From positions 160,955 through 224,954 of the IMG/VR virus record IMGVR_UViG_3300006931_000029: a stretch of 64,000 nt of DNA; one strand, written 5' to 3'. Positions 9,690 to 18,720 of the stretch are shown one piece after another. A model generated the notes under the pieces. That model ran no database searches, was not told the origin of the DNA, and saw only the letters and a program-made list of their open reading frames with translations. How positions within the stretch are numbered: the stretch's first letter is position 1; each line of letters begins with the position of its first letter. The translations under genes were made by a program, and so were the position numbers.

Positions 9690-10583
9690 TTACGGAATTA
9701 TCGTGACGGTTATTTTCTGACTGACAGTGGAGCCTGCGGTGTTTGAGACCGAGCACATATAGACACCACCGTCGGAGGCCTGCGCAGATGCGACGGAAAA
9801 GACTTGGTTCGTTGATCCTTGGATTGGCGTTCCGTTCTTGAACCATTGGAAAGAAAGTGGTGGTGATCCTTCAGAATCGGCTGATAGGGTGAGGAGTTGT
9901 CCTACCTTAACTGTCGTAGCCAAGGCGAGTTTCACTGATCCGGCTGGTGCAAATGCAACGTAGACAAATTTGGTGCCATCGCTAGCAAGGAGTTGTCCTG
10001 CGTGATTGGCAGGATCAGGAAGTCCTGAAACACCCGGAGGTCCTTGCGGGCCGACGTCACCCTTCGGTCCTTGTACGCCGATGCCTGGCAATCCCGGGTC
10101 GCCTTGATCGCCTTTCGGACCTTGCGGGCCTGGAGGTCCTGGAATTCCGGTAGGCGGAGGAGGTGGCGTTACACCAATCGACACCGACGAACCAACCTTC
10201 GTCTTCAGCTTTGCACCATCTTCCATGGTGATGGTAACTCCAACCAAGGGCGAGAGATTGTTCGACCCGAGTGTAGCGCTGAATCCTCCGCTCACGTTGT
10301 TCGCGACGACGATCGCAATACCGCCGGCCGATTTGACTACGTTAATCTTGTCAAGGACACTGTTGACACCTCGATCAAGCAAAACAATTTTGCCAGCCCA
10401 CGCAGCGTCTGCCGATTGGCCGAGTCCGCCGTAAACCAAAACAGCTGTGGTCGCAACCTTCGGCGTGCCAGTGACGTAGACGGCAGGGTATGCGTCAGGC
10501 GTTGCAAAGACGTAGACAGCGTCTGCGGCCGCCAAAAACGGTAACAGAAATAGGAATCCCAAGAAAACGGTAAGGCGCTTCAC
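9690..10583 (-). CDS. Secreted PA-domain + collagen + Ig-like protein
   Basis: Signal peptide; GKIVLLDRG...[18 protein letters not shown] (PA domain); GPP/GPQ repeats; [13 protein letters not shown]...[15 protein letters not shown] (Ig I-set). Confidence 0.8.
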   Translation of the reverse strand: MKRLTVFLGFLFLLPFLAAADAVYVFATPDAYPAVYVTGTPKVATTAVLVYGGLGQSADAAWAGKIVLLDRGVNSVLDKINVVKSAGGIAIVVANNVSGGFSATLGSNNLSPLVGVTITMEDGAKLKTKVGSSVSIGVTPPPPPTGIPGPPGPQGPKGDQGDPGLPGIGVQGPKGDVGPQGPPGVSGLPDPANHAGQLLASDGTKFVYVAFAPAGSVKLALATTVKVGQLLTLSADSEGSPPLSFQWFKNGTPIQGSTNQVFSVASAQASDGGVYMCSVSNTAGSTVSQKITVTIIP

Positions 10584-11144
10584 GGCACCTTATGTATCCG
10601 CTTCGTCTACTCAAAAACCGTAAAGCGACAACTGTCTACAGGTCTTACACTATCCGTAAATTTCTCGATGTAACGATTCGATAAATTTTTTGAGCGCAAC
10701 GCATTTTGAAACGGCTTACGGCGCACGCGCTGGCATAAAATTATCTGCATCAACGCTGAAAATTTTGAGCGCCGATTAGGATTCGTTTCAGGAACATTTG
10801 TTCCATCTCGCGGCTCCAGGCTGGGCTCAGAGCTCAGTCCAGAACGATCTGGCTTAGACCTTCTCCAGGTTTCCAGGTAGCGGTTGCCGTTGCCTTGCAC
10901 CTCATGCAGCGGATAGGCATGTTGTCCATTTCCATGATCGGAGAAACCATCGAATGAGCTTCGTGAATCGTTCGCCAATCGTGGTCTCCTCGCTTGCACT
11001 TTAGCTCCTCTAGCCGCTTGGCAATCCTAGCGTCATCACGCTTCATCCTGCGATAATGCATCAACGTGAACAGAAGCATCACGATCGTGGCCCAACAGCC
11101 AAGAAAGAATTCGGGCGGCGCGTTGACAAGTCTGTCCACTAAGC

Positions 11145-11426
11145 TCATGGCGTAATTGTGAACTCAGCTTTGAGCACGGCCGTAGGTTTTATCACTTCGA
11201 CCGTGATGACACCATAGCGCACAGCCAACCTCACAGCGTCGGCTAGGCACTTTGCATTGATCTTTTTGTAGAGGTGACCGCGCTGAGTCTCTATAGTCTT
11301 CGTGCCGACGTCGCAGACGGTTGCTATCTCCTTTGCCGATTTTCCATTCGCCATCATCTCCCAAATTTGGTACTCACGTTCCGTGATCTTGAATCCATTC
11401 ACGGTAACTTTAGAGTAGACGGTCAT
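11145..11426 (-). CDS. LuxR-family HTH regulator (stand-alone)
   Basis: ITEREYQIWEMMANGKSAKEIA...KTIETQRGHLYKKIN...LAVRYG. Confidence 0.85.
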   Translation of the reverse strand: MTVYSKVTVNGFKITEREYQIWEMMANGKSAKEIATVCDVGTKTIETQRGHLYKKINAKCLADAVRLAVRYGVITVEVIKPTAVLKAEFTITP

Positions 11427-11872
11427 TTTGGCGGTGGAGCGTGTGGGTCCTCGATGGCGTCTAAGCGAATAGCTTCAGCAAGAATACGCAACGCGTTGTG
11501 AGTTCTCAGAGAACGACCGCCACCGCCAGAGGTTCTGAACCGCAACCATTCGGATGTGCCGCCAGGCATAAGCTGTGAACCGTGGGGACGCGATGAGACA
11601 TAGACATGCATATCACCATCTGGAGCACGAAGTACACCAATCTTGCCCTGGTATGTGCCGTCGTGGTCGTCGTGCAACCGCTCAAGCACGCCGTCTTCCA
11701 CGCTTGTCAGCGGCCAGAATGACTCTAGGACGGTTTGAATTACCAGCTGCGGATTGACGTTGATCGCTTGCTCGATTGCCTTTCGAAGGCTTGCCAGTCT
11801 TACTGCGTGGTCGAGTGAGCGAGAGAAGGGCGTCGGCCCATCCGTTCCAGTAGGTGGAGTCTTCGAGGGCAT
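11423..11872 (-). CDS. Hypothetical protein
   Basis: ERLHDDHDG and LRFRTSGGGGRSLRTHNALRILAEAI look like conserved motifs. Confidence 0.6.
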   Translation of the reverse strand: MPSKTPPTGTDGPTPFSRSLDHAVRLASLRKAIEQAINVNPQLVIQTVLESFWPLTSVEDGVLERLHDDHDGTYQGKIGVLRAPDGDMHVYVSSRPHGSQLMPGGTSEWLRFRTSGGGGRSLRTHNALRILAEAIRLDAIEDPHAPPPK

Positions 11873-11935
11873 CGGATACTTTGGCGTTCTGTCGTGCTTC
11901 AGCGGCCTGCTTTCTAAGCTCGTCTTCGCTGAAGG

Positions 11936-12376
11936 TCACGCTAGTGAATCTTGGGGTTTCCAGGTGGTAGGACGAGAGCACCAAGCTCGGTGCATAAAAT
12001 CCTTGTTGAATCCTTTGAAGAGATACTTTGGGTCCATGTCCAGCATCTTCGCCGTGACGTTGATGACCCGAGTCGTGTTGGCTTTTGAGTCACCGAACGC
12101 ATGAGACACAAGCCAAATGGCGTGGACAATCTTCATCTTCCGCTTCGTCTCTTCCACCACCGCCGTCGAATTGACGTACGTTGGATCGTACTCCCAGTCC
12201 CACTCTTGGCAGAGGTAGTCGATTGCTGCACACTCCTTGTCCGACATCTTGTACTCGGTGTCGAACGGATAGATCATGAACTTCAACTCGCCGAAGTTCT
12301 GGGTTTCTTCAAGGAACGACCATGCCTCACCGTCGTCCTTGAACATTCTGCGGAGGTGATCGGGTGCTTGTGGCAT
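11936..12376 (-). CDS. Hypothetical protein
   Basis: 146-aa ORF, MPQAPDHLR...AIDYLCQEWDWEY. Confidence 0.6.
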   Translation of the reverse strand: MPQAPDHLRRMFKDDGEAWSFLEETQNFGELKFMIYPFDTEYKMSDKECAAIDYLCQEWDWEYDPTYVNSTAVVEETKRKMKIVHAIWLVSHAFGDSKANTTRVINVTAKMLDMDPKYLFKGFNKDFMHRAWCSRPTTWKPQDSLA

Positions 12377-12377
12377 G

Positions 12378-12778
12378 TCAGAGATTGGTTAGCGAGAAAC
12401 GACTCGACTTCTTCTTTGGCGGCGGTCTTGAGTCTTGTTCGAACTTGATCTCTTGGTCGATGGCGGCTGCTGAAAACGTAACGCCTTTACGGCGACGGGG
12501 CACAACTGTCTGCGATCCTTGATGACCCTGGGGTCCTGAGTACTGAACTCCTTGATGCCCTCCTCCAGAGGATTGGGAACCGGCAGAACCGCCGCCTCCG
12601 CCACCTCTGACGGCAACATAAGACACACCCCAGTTAAGTCTAGGGGCATGCGACCCAGAATCAAGCACCACGAAATCGTCACCATTTGCGCCCATCGGGC
12701 CAACAGGTCCGACGCAACCGGTCGGCCCGATGTTACGCGCGAATGGATTTGGATTCCTGTGCAGTTGGCCCCTTAGAC
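12378..12778 (-). CDS. Gly-rich ORF, probably the -1 frameshift extension of 12773-12973
   Basis: The frame is open back to the slippery site. The collagen-like GPTGCVGPVGPMGANG begins upstream of the first ATG (12695). Confidence 0.6.
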
Positions 12779-12973
12779 GAAAGGGCGCACAAGGACGTCG
12801 ACGAGGGCGAGGTCAGTTGGGAGTTTATCTTTGTTGTCGAGCGTGGCTTTCATCGCAGCGGCACGGTCGTCAGTGGCGATGAAACAATACGGCGGAACGA
12901 TGAGCACCTCGGGTGTACCTTCTTCGCGCTGTTTGTGGGTAGGTTTCTGAACGATAGCGACTTCGTAGAGCAT
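12773..12973 (-). CDS. Small protein ending VLVRPFV
   Basis: 66-aa ORF with GTTCT 10 nt upstream. It ends over a C-CCT-TTC slippery heptamer. Confidence 0.8.
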   Translation of the reverse strand: MLYEVAIVQKPTHKQREEGTPEVLIVPPYCFIATDDRAAAMKATLDNKDKLPTDLALVDVLVRPFV

Positions 12974-12988
12974 AGGTTTTGGTAGAAC

Positions 12989-13318
12989 TCAACCTGATTT
13001 TCGACTGGAAATTTCCTTCAGTAAAGACCTGATGATGTCGTGGTACTCTTGCCAGTGAAGCGGCATGGTCGGAGAGTAGTATTCCACGTTGCCTAGTTTC
13101 TTCTCGATTTCAGCGTGACGCTTTGAGAGCGGTAGAGGCGCGAGTATCCAGCGACGATGATGTCCATGGATCGTTGGTTGTTCAACGGCAAGCCCTTTCT
13201 TTACCAGGCGATTCAGTGCAGCCACTTCCCAACTTCGGACGTCTCCACCGGAAATCGGTGACAGCTGCAACAGCTTGTAAACACGAGCCTCAAGCTCGGT
13301 GAGTTTAGGATCGCCCAT
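12989..13318 (-). CDS. Putative winged-helix protein
   Basis: LTELEARVYKLL...ALNRLVKKGLA. Confidence 0.5.
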   Translation of the reverse strand: MGDPKLTELEARVYKLLQLSPISGGDVRSWEVAALNRLVKKGLAVEQPTIHGHHRRWILAPLPLSKRHAEIEKKLGNVEYYSPTMPLHWQEYHDIIRSLLKEISSRKSG

Positions 13319-13363
13319 GAGCAGAAGAATTCGTTTACGTTTTAACAGACTAGTAGGTAGTCT

Positions 13364-13633
13364 ATGAAACCGATCCAACTCGTCGAGGCTCTGCTAGGTG
13401 ACACGCAGCCAGTGATCGTGCAAGATCGTGTGATCCCGAACGGCGACATGGTTTGTCCTCACTGCAAGGAAAGCATCCACGAAAAGGGACTAGCGTACCG
13501 AGATGGTCAACACATCCACGGTGCCTGCGGCGGTACGGTGACTCTTCCTCCACCATCAGCGACCGAGCTGAAGTGGCTCGACCAATTCAAATCACAGGTC
13601 TCGAGTCTGAAGAATCCGCCGGCGAATATCTGA
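13364..13633 (+). CDS. Zn-binding small protein, candidate late/internal virion protein
   Basis: N-terminus MKPIQLVEALL, CPHC...HGAC, and GTAGGTAG directly upstream. Confidence 0.6.
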   Translation: MKPIQLVEALLGDTQPVIVQDRVIPNGDMVCPHCKESIHEKGLAYRDGQHIHGACGGTVTLPPPSATELKWLDQFKSQVSSLKNPPANI

Positions 13634-13787
13634 TTTCGATCCAGAAGCCGATCATCGGCAATGGACAGACATAGAGGCGCTTGGCCTTCTTGTCGTAGTA
13701 GGCGCCAATCCACAGGTCGTACCACCGAAAGAAGGTTTCGACGGTGAGTTCCCAATCGCAGCGATAAGACGAAGGCGTTTGCACGGA

Positions 13788-14168
13788 CTAAACCTCTTCT
13801 TTTCCGTCACGAATCATCTGAGCGCCCGGATACTTCTCCTGCAGCTCCTTGAACTCTTTCGATAGGGTCAAGAGAGCGTCGATCTTTTGGGCTTTGAGCT
13901 GCGCCTCGATTCGATCGGTGATGATGTTGACCAGCTCCTTCAGCGAACTGTGATTTGGATCGTCGAGGTTTCGATTGTCTACTGTGTTGGCGTAATTTTC
14001 CGCCCAGATACCCAAGATTCTGAGGTCCTGAACATTGATGACGATCGTCGCATCATTCTTCGGATCACACGGGATGTCCTTCGTCCCACAAGCCGGACAA
14101 CTCGTTGCTCCTTTCAACTCGTCAGCGGTGAAAGATTTATTGCAACGAATACAACGGGCGGCGTCCAT
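13788..14168 (-). CDS. Zn-ribbon protein
   Basis: CIRC...CPACG. Confidence 0.6.
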   Translation of the reverse strand: MDAARCIRCNKSFTADELKGATSCPACGTKDIPCDPKNDATIVINVQDLRILGIWAENYANTVDNRNLDDPNHSSLKELVNIITDRIEAQLKAQKIDALLTLSKEFKELQEKYPGAQMIRDGKEEV

Positions 14169-14385
14169 GTCCTACTTATCGACGCGAAACGCATTGCGAA
14201 TCTCGTCCCGCTCCTTCGTCCAGTCTTTGCACCAGTCAATGATCGGTTGTCGGGCGGTAGGAACTTCCATTCCAATCATGATAACGAACTCTTGCAGCGC
14301 ATACTCCATGGCGAGAACTCTGGCTTCCCAATGAGTCTGCGGCTCACAGCCAGGCGGTTCCTGGCTGGGAAGGCCTCGGTCTTCG

Positions 14386-14985
14386 TTAATGTCCACCTGA
14401 CGAGAACGCCTTCACCAAGTCCAGATATGGTTGCGACATCTTGTGAGCTGCCGTCCTCGACGCCCAATCGATGGCCGTGTCAAGACTCATGCTCATGTTT
14501 CGAATAGCGTATGCAGCAGCGACAGCCCCGGTCCGGTCTGTACCGTTCAAGCAGTGAACGTAGATTTTCTTCGCGCTCATCTCATTCAGTCGGCTGATGA
14601 AATCGATCAGCCCTTCGAAGTCGTAGGACTGTGCCGAAGGACCGGTGACGTCCGGCGTCGTACCGCCTTCGATCGGCCACCAACAGAGAAGCCTGTTTTG
14701 ATAAGGCATCGCGTGCATCAAAGCAGGGTCCCACTGAGGATCGAGAAACGGCGGAGCACTACGGGTGAACTTGCAGGCGTAGGTGCGCTCGAGAACCTCT
14801 AGCAGGTCAACCTCGCCGGTGTTATCGGTCAGACAGATTTGAATCAAACCGGATTTCTCAGAACCGATCAACGAATCGAGCTGAGCAAAGTCGACTTCTC
14901 GGTCCTTGTTCAGTGGGAAGTTGCCACGCCAAAGATTGCCATGGATTTCGGAGACGCGAGCCGGATCAAGGATGGGATTGTTCAT
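14386..14985 (-). CDS. Cys-based tyrosine/dual-specificity phosphatase
   Basis: YVHCLNGTDRTG is the CX5R P-loop. N-terminal NLWRG. Confidence 0.85.
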   Translation of the reverse strand: MNNPILDPARVSEIHGNLWRGNFPLNKDREVDFAQLDSLIGSEKSGLIQICLTDNTGEVDLLEVLERTYACKFTRSAPPFLDPQWDPALMHAMPYQNRLLCWWPIEGGTTPDVTGPSAQSYDFEGLIDFISRLNEMSAKKIYVHCLNGTDRTGAVAAAYAIRNMSMSLDTAIDWASRTAAHKMSQPYLDLVKAFSSGGH

Positions 14986-15720
14986 GGTTGTGTTCGTTCG
15001 CCTCTGCGCATCTTCATTTCAGCTTCTCGCGACTCCTTGAGAGCATGATAGCTCTCACGGTCAGTCTTGAGATGGTTAAGAAGCCAAGCTTCAGTCATGT
15101 TGCTGGCGAAGATTTCTGCCTCCTCATAGTCAGTGAAAACCCACGGATGGGTCAAGCACCAATGACGTGGATTAAACGTCGCCGTGTATGACTTCGTCAA
15201 CCTCAACCAAACGCCAGATGACACGCGTCGAAATTCAATGATGCTCCCACCTGGATACGGTATTACCCGTGCTTCCAACCGAGGGATAGGAATAGCTGGA
15301 AGCGTGTTGAGCGGTGAGGAGATTCGCCGCTTCCACCAAACTCGAAGTATGCGCAGCCATCTCACTTTTTCTTAAACGCTTCCAGTTCCGGCGGGCCATA
15401 GACGTTGTCGACGGCTGAGTTTGCCGTATACCGAGCGTCGCTCGATCCAGCGCCATTGTCAATCGCCTTGTTGAAGACTGACCACCAGAGAACTGCTCGG
15501 TCGCCGGCAACCACCATAGTCGTGGGAAGCGGAAGCTTCGCCGGTTGCTTTGCGTCCTTGTCCATGTAGACGATGATGTCCGGACCAGGAAAATAGACGT
15601 GAACGTAAGCGTTCACCAGCAGCGTTCCGCAGATGAACAATACCGCAAGGGCGATTGCCACGTCGCGAGGATCGAAATACTGCCACCAGCGTTTGCGTGG
15701 CGGCGGGTTGCTGAGCTGCT

Positions 15721-16236
15721 TCATGGTTCGATGATCTTAGCGATTGTGGCTAGCGCTTCCTTTGTAGAGTGGTGCATTCCAGTCGTGAGGTAATCAGAAA
15801 TCCGCTTAGCCTTCTGCTCAGGAGAACTGTCTGGCCATTTGGCCTCCGGAATCTTGGATGCGTCTGTCAGCAGGGTGATGCCGTGAACGCCATGAAAATC
15901 AGCACGAACTCGGATGACGTTTGATTCGATCGTCTTGAACAAATAGCCCTGCGGACATTCCTTGATCAAGTTTTCAACGTCGTCCTTGTTGATGCAACCG
16001 TACTCCGACCGGTCCGGATTGTCGCCGTTCAGTATTTTGAATGGCCGAGTGAGGAAGCTGTTGTTCAGCCCGATGATCGAAATGAACTTGGTGGATGGAC
16101 CGTAAGCAGTCAGCGTGCCGGCTCTAGGATCATTCCACCAGACGGCGCAGCTCCTGCACTCGCACCACTTGGGATTCTCAGCGATGCGGCTGGGAACCAC
16201 CAAGCTGCCACAAGAGTGGCAAAACATCATCTTCAT
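15721..16236 (-). CDS. Cys-rich hypothetical protein
   Basis: CHSCGS...WCECRSC. Confidence 0.55.
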   Translation of the reverse strand: MKMMFCHSCGSLVVPSRIAENPKWCECRSCAVWWNDPRAGTLTAYGPSTKFISIIGLNNSFLTRPFKILNGDNPDRSEYGCINKDDVENLIKECPQGYLFKTIESNVIRVRADFHGVHGITLLTDASKIPEAKWPDSSPEQKAKRISDYLTTGMHHSTKEALATIAKIIEP

Positions 16237-16516
16237 TTGCCGAACCCGCCGCCACCCTTCTTGAAGTCGTCGACAGTGATGTCGCTGGCCCTGAAGACGA
16301 CGAGAGGATAGTAAGGAGCGAAGATTGACACGCTCTCGTTGCTATTGCGATGCCACCGCGCGAACAGAGCCATCTGAACTTCCAGGAGTCTGGTCATGTC
16401 CCTGTCCACCTCCGGTGAAAGTGGAACGGTCACACTGGGATAAACCAGTCTCAGCCGAAGTTCCTCAGCTGAAAGTTCCTCATCAGTCCACTCTGAATAA
16501 CGGTGTGCAACGACTC

Positions 16517-16942
16517 TCATTTGGTATGGGTGCCCTCTACTCCGCGGGCTAGACGGTCTTTGGTTCTCTTCTGTAACCACTCGAGTGCAGATTCCAGATG
16601 CTTCAGAGCCTCAGCGTTTTCCACACAGGCGTATTTGCCTGGGATGCTGAAGTTGAACGAGCTGTCCTCGTTGCGGGCGTACTGGAATCCCCGCATGCGA
16701 TCGATGGCAACGGCGATAATCGCTTCGTTCGTAATGCCGTTACGGTCGGCTGGGGTTTGAATCGGTCCGTTTTGGAACCGAAGGTTCACGCCGAACGGTA
16801 CGCGCTCACCAGCAATCGCGCCGGCTTCGCCAATGATGTCGTACTTGTGGTTGGCACCGCCAGGACCTGGCGCGTCAACAGCTGCGATTTCGATGGCTTC
16901 GTTGAGACCGCCGACAATGTGATTTGAGATGATGCGTTTCAT
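16517..16942 (-). CDS. tad1: Tad1-family anti-Thoeris signal-sponge protein
   Basis: GPGGANHKYDI, FQNGP, NGITNEAIIAVAIDRMRGFQ and ENAEALKHLESALEWLQKRTKDRLARGVEGT match the Tad1 pattern (GPGGAxHxY...FQxG...DRLxxFQ...ENAxAL...R..R.V.GT). Confidence 0.85.
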   Translation of the reverse strand: MKRIISNHIVGGLNEAIEIAAVDAPGPGGANHKYDIIGEAGAIAGERVPFGVNLRFQNGPIQTPADRNGITNEAIIAVAIDRMRGFQYARNEDSSFNFSIPGKYACVENAEALKHLESALEWLQKRTKDRLARGVEGTHTK

Positions 16943-17317
16943 TTAGTAGGGTGGATTTTTGGTTAGTTCCTCAGCGATGCAGAACTTTCCCCTTACTCTT
17001 GTCATCAAAACCTCTTTCGCAATGTCCGGTCCGGCGGCGAAGTCGCAGTGAGCCATGCTCTGTGGAAAACCAGTTGCTTCGAAGGCCCACTTAGTCAGGT
17101 CGTCTAGCGTAGCCAACGTCTCAGCTGTCGGTCCCCATTCGTCATGAATGATCCAGACGTCTGGCCTTCCGTACAATCGAACGGTCAGCCTGTTCGCTTG
17201 ATGAATCCAATAGGAGCGGCGTCGCCTGCTGCGTTGGCGATCGACGTTGCGGTACGCTCTGGCAATCTTGTGCAGTAGCCGAGAACGAGTACACGCGTCT
17301 AGTTTTGGTGTCTTCAT
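16943..17317 (-). CDS. Hypothetical protein abutting tad1
   Basis: ATG at 17317 follows the structured leader. Its stop is immediately adjacent to the tad1 ATG. Confidence 0.55.
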   Translation of the reverse strand: MKTPKLDACTRSRLLHKIARAYRNVDRQRSRRRRSYWIHQANRLTVRLYGRPDVWIIHDEWGPTAETLATLDDLTKWAFEATGFPQSMAHCDFAAGPDIAKEVLMTRVRGKFCIAEELTKNPPY

Positions 17318-17400
17318 CGTGAAGCCAATGTGGCCGAGCTTTCGCCCGGCCACAAGGTCCAGCTTCAACTTACGGACACCGGCAAACGCCGGGCCGCTCA
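17318..17400 (-). ncRNA. Candidate structured 5' leader (pseudoknot with an inserted GAAA hairpin)
   Basis: CCGGC/GCCGG hairpin; GTCCG/TGGAC stem whose loop TGAAGC can pair with GCTTCA just before the ATG; 10-bp stem with a GAAA tetraloop. Confidence 0.5.
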
Positions 17401-17417
17401 AGTGATAAGAACAGCGA

Positions 17418-17774
17418 TCAGGCTTTCTTAGCCTTGGGTGGCACCACAGACACAGAGACCAGCATGCCATAGGTCCGATTGTGGCGGGCGAAACGGCGTC
17501 CGGACATAAGTTTGGCAGTCGCGAGGCTGACGAACTCGAACGTCTCCTCTGTGCCGTCTGCGTGTGTGACGACCGTCTTGACGGAACCGAACTCCGCCTT
17601 CAACTGAACGAGAATGGTCTCAACGGCGTTGACGGCACTGGCGAGTTTCTTGTAGCCTTCACCGCCGCCACCTTGATTGCGGTTGTTGCCGCCCTGAAAA
17701 TGGAAGAACCATTCCGGCTTCCAGATTTTGGATTTTGCTTTGCGTACTTTACCGTGGAAGACTTCGATGTGCAT
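17418..17774 (-). CDS. DUF1508 (YegP-like) domain protein
   Basis: EWFFHFQGGNNR...GEGYKKLASAVNAVETI. Confidence 0.6.
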   Translation of the reverse strand: MHIEVFHGKVRKAKSKIWKPEWFFHFQGGNNRNQGGGGEGYKKLASAVNAVETILVQLKAEFGSVKTVVTHADGTEETFEFVSLATAKLMSGRRFARHNRTYGMLVSVSVVPPKAKKA

Positions 17775-17775
17775 G

Positions 17776-18045
17776 TTAGCTTGATGTTGGGATTGTGGTG
17801 CCGCCGGAAGCGATATAGTCGAGCACGTGACCGTAGGTCTTGAACTTCTCTGCGTGCTCTTCAGGAATTTCGCCACCGATTTGGTCTTTGAACTCCTCCT
17901 CGATCGCCATAAGCAACTCGACCATGTCGAGTGAGTCGCAACCAAGATCGTCAAAGGTGGCAGAACCAACCACCTGGTCGGAGTTCAGGTTCAGCTGATT
18001 GACGAAGATTTCTCGGAGCTTAGTGTCGACTTCTTGGCGTTCCAT
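17776..18045 (-). CDS. acpP: Acyl carrier protein
   Basis: FDDLGCDSLDMVELLMAIEEEF...EIPEEHAEKFKT contains the DSL phosphopantetheine site. ATG at 18045 is preferred over 18207. Confidence 0.9.
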   Translation of the reverse strand: MERQEVDTKLREIFVNQLNLNSDQVVGSATFDDLGCDSLDMVELLMAIEEEFKDQIGGEIPEEHAEKFKTYGHVLDYIASGGTTIPTSS

Positions 18046-18720
18046 AGCGGTTTGAGGTTGGATGAATAAGGCGTGGTGAAAAGCTTTGAGTAGAAGAACT
18101 CGGTCGAAGTTGCTGATAGTTGGATCGATTCCCAGTGGAAGCCTGACGTAGTTCAGCGCAAACAGAAGCCACTCGCGTTCCTCGCGTAGGCGTTGCAGCT
18201 CGTCCATTACGGAAGCCTCTTGGAGAGTTCCTTCCGCTTCGTAGTTTCAAAGTCGTCCGGTTCCGCCTCCACAATCTTGGAAAGCTCTGCAAGATCACCG
18301 AGAATTTGTCGGTATTCTGGAAAGATGAAGCTGATGATTAGCACGCGGAAACTGCCAATCTCTGCAGTGCGAGCAAGGATGATGTTGAGGATGGCCTTCT
18401 TCATCTCCTTGTTGCTCATGTGATCCGCGGAGCGCATGTAGTATTCCAGGAGCTGCGGGACGGTTTGGCGTCTGTCTTTCATTTGCGTGATCCTCCTTCA
18501 ACTGTTGATGTGACTATCTTGCCGCCGAGAACCGTGGCGCCCCAACCTCCGTTGAGAGCGCTAGTCGAGATGATGTAGCCGAGGTAGCCGTCAACTCCGA
18601 AGCAGTAGGAAACCTGTTCACCTCGGTACATGAAGACGCCCTTCGGTCCTCCTGCGGCGTGAACGGCGGTTGGCGCGTCGATCCATTGGGCGTTTGGCGA
18701 CGTCGTGTATTCATGCCGAC

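Noticed and set aside
12389-12775. TAA read-through into ORF 12389-12703
   Set aside because: That frame is open, but TAA read-through is rare and the product looks less protein-like. The -1 frame has a slippery site, a stimulatory stem and Gly periodicity.
17318-17400. Known ribozyme or riboswitch (HDV/theta, twister, pistol, hatchet, hammerhead, fluoride, preQ1-II)
   Set aside because: The conserved core nucleotides of these families were not found and only the general topology is similar. Kept as an unclassified candidate.
18046-18207. N-terminal 54-aa fusion to ACP
   Set aside because: ACP homology begins at Met 18045 and a GTTCT motif lies within the extension. A longer isoform cannot be excluded because ATG 18207 overlaps the upstream stop.
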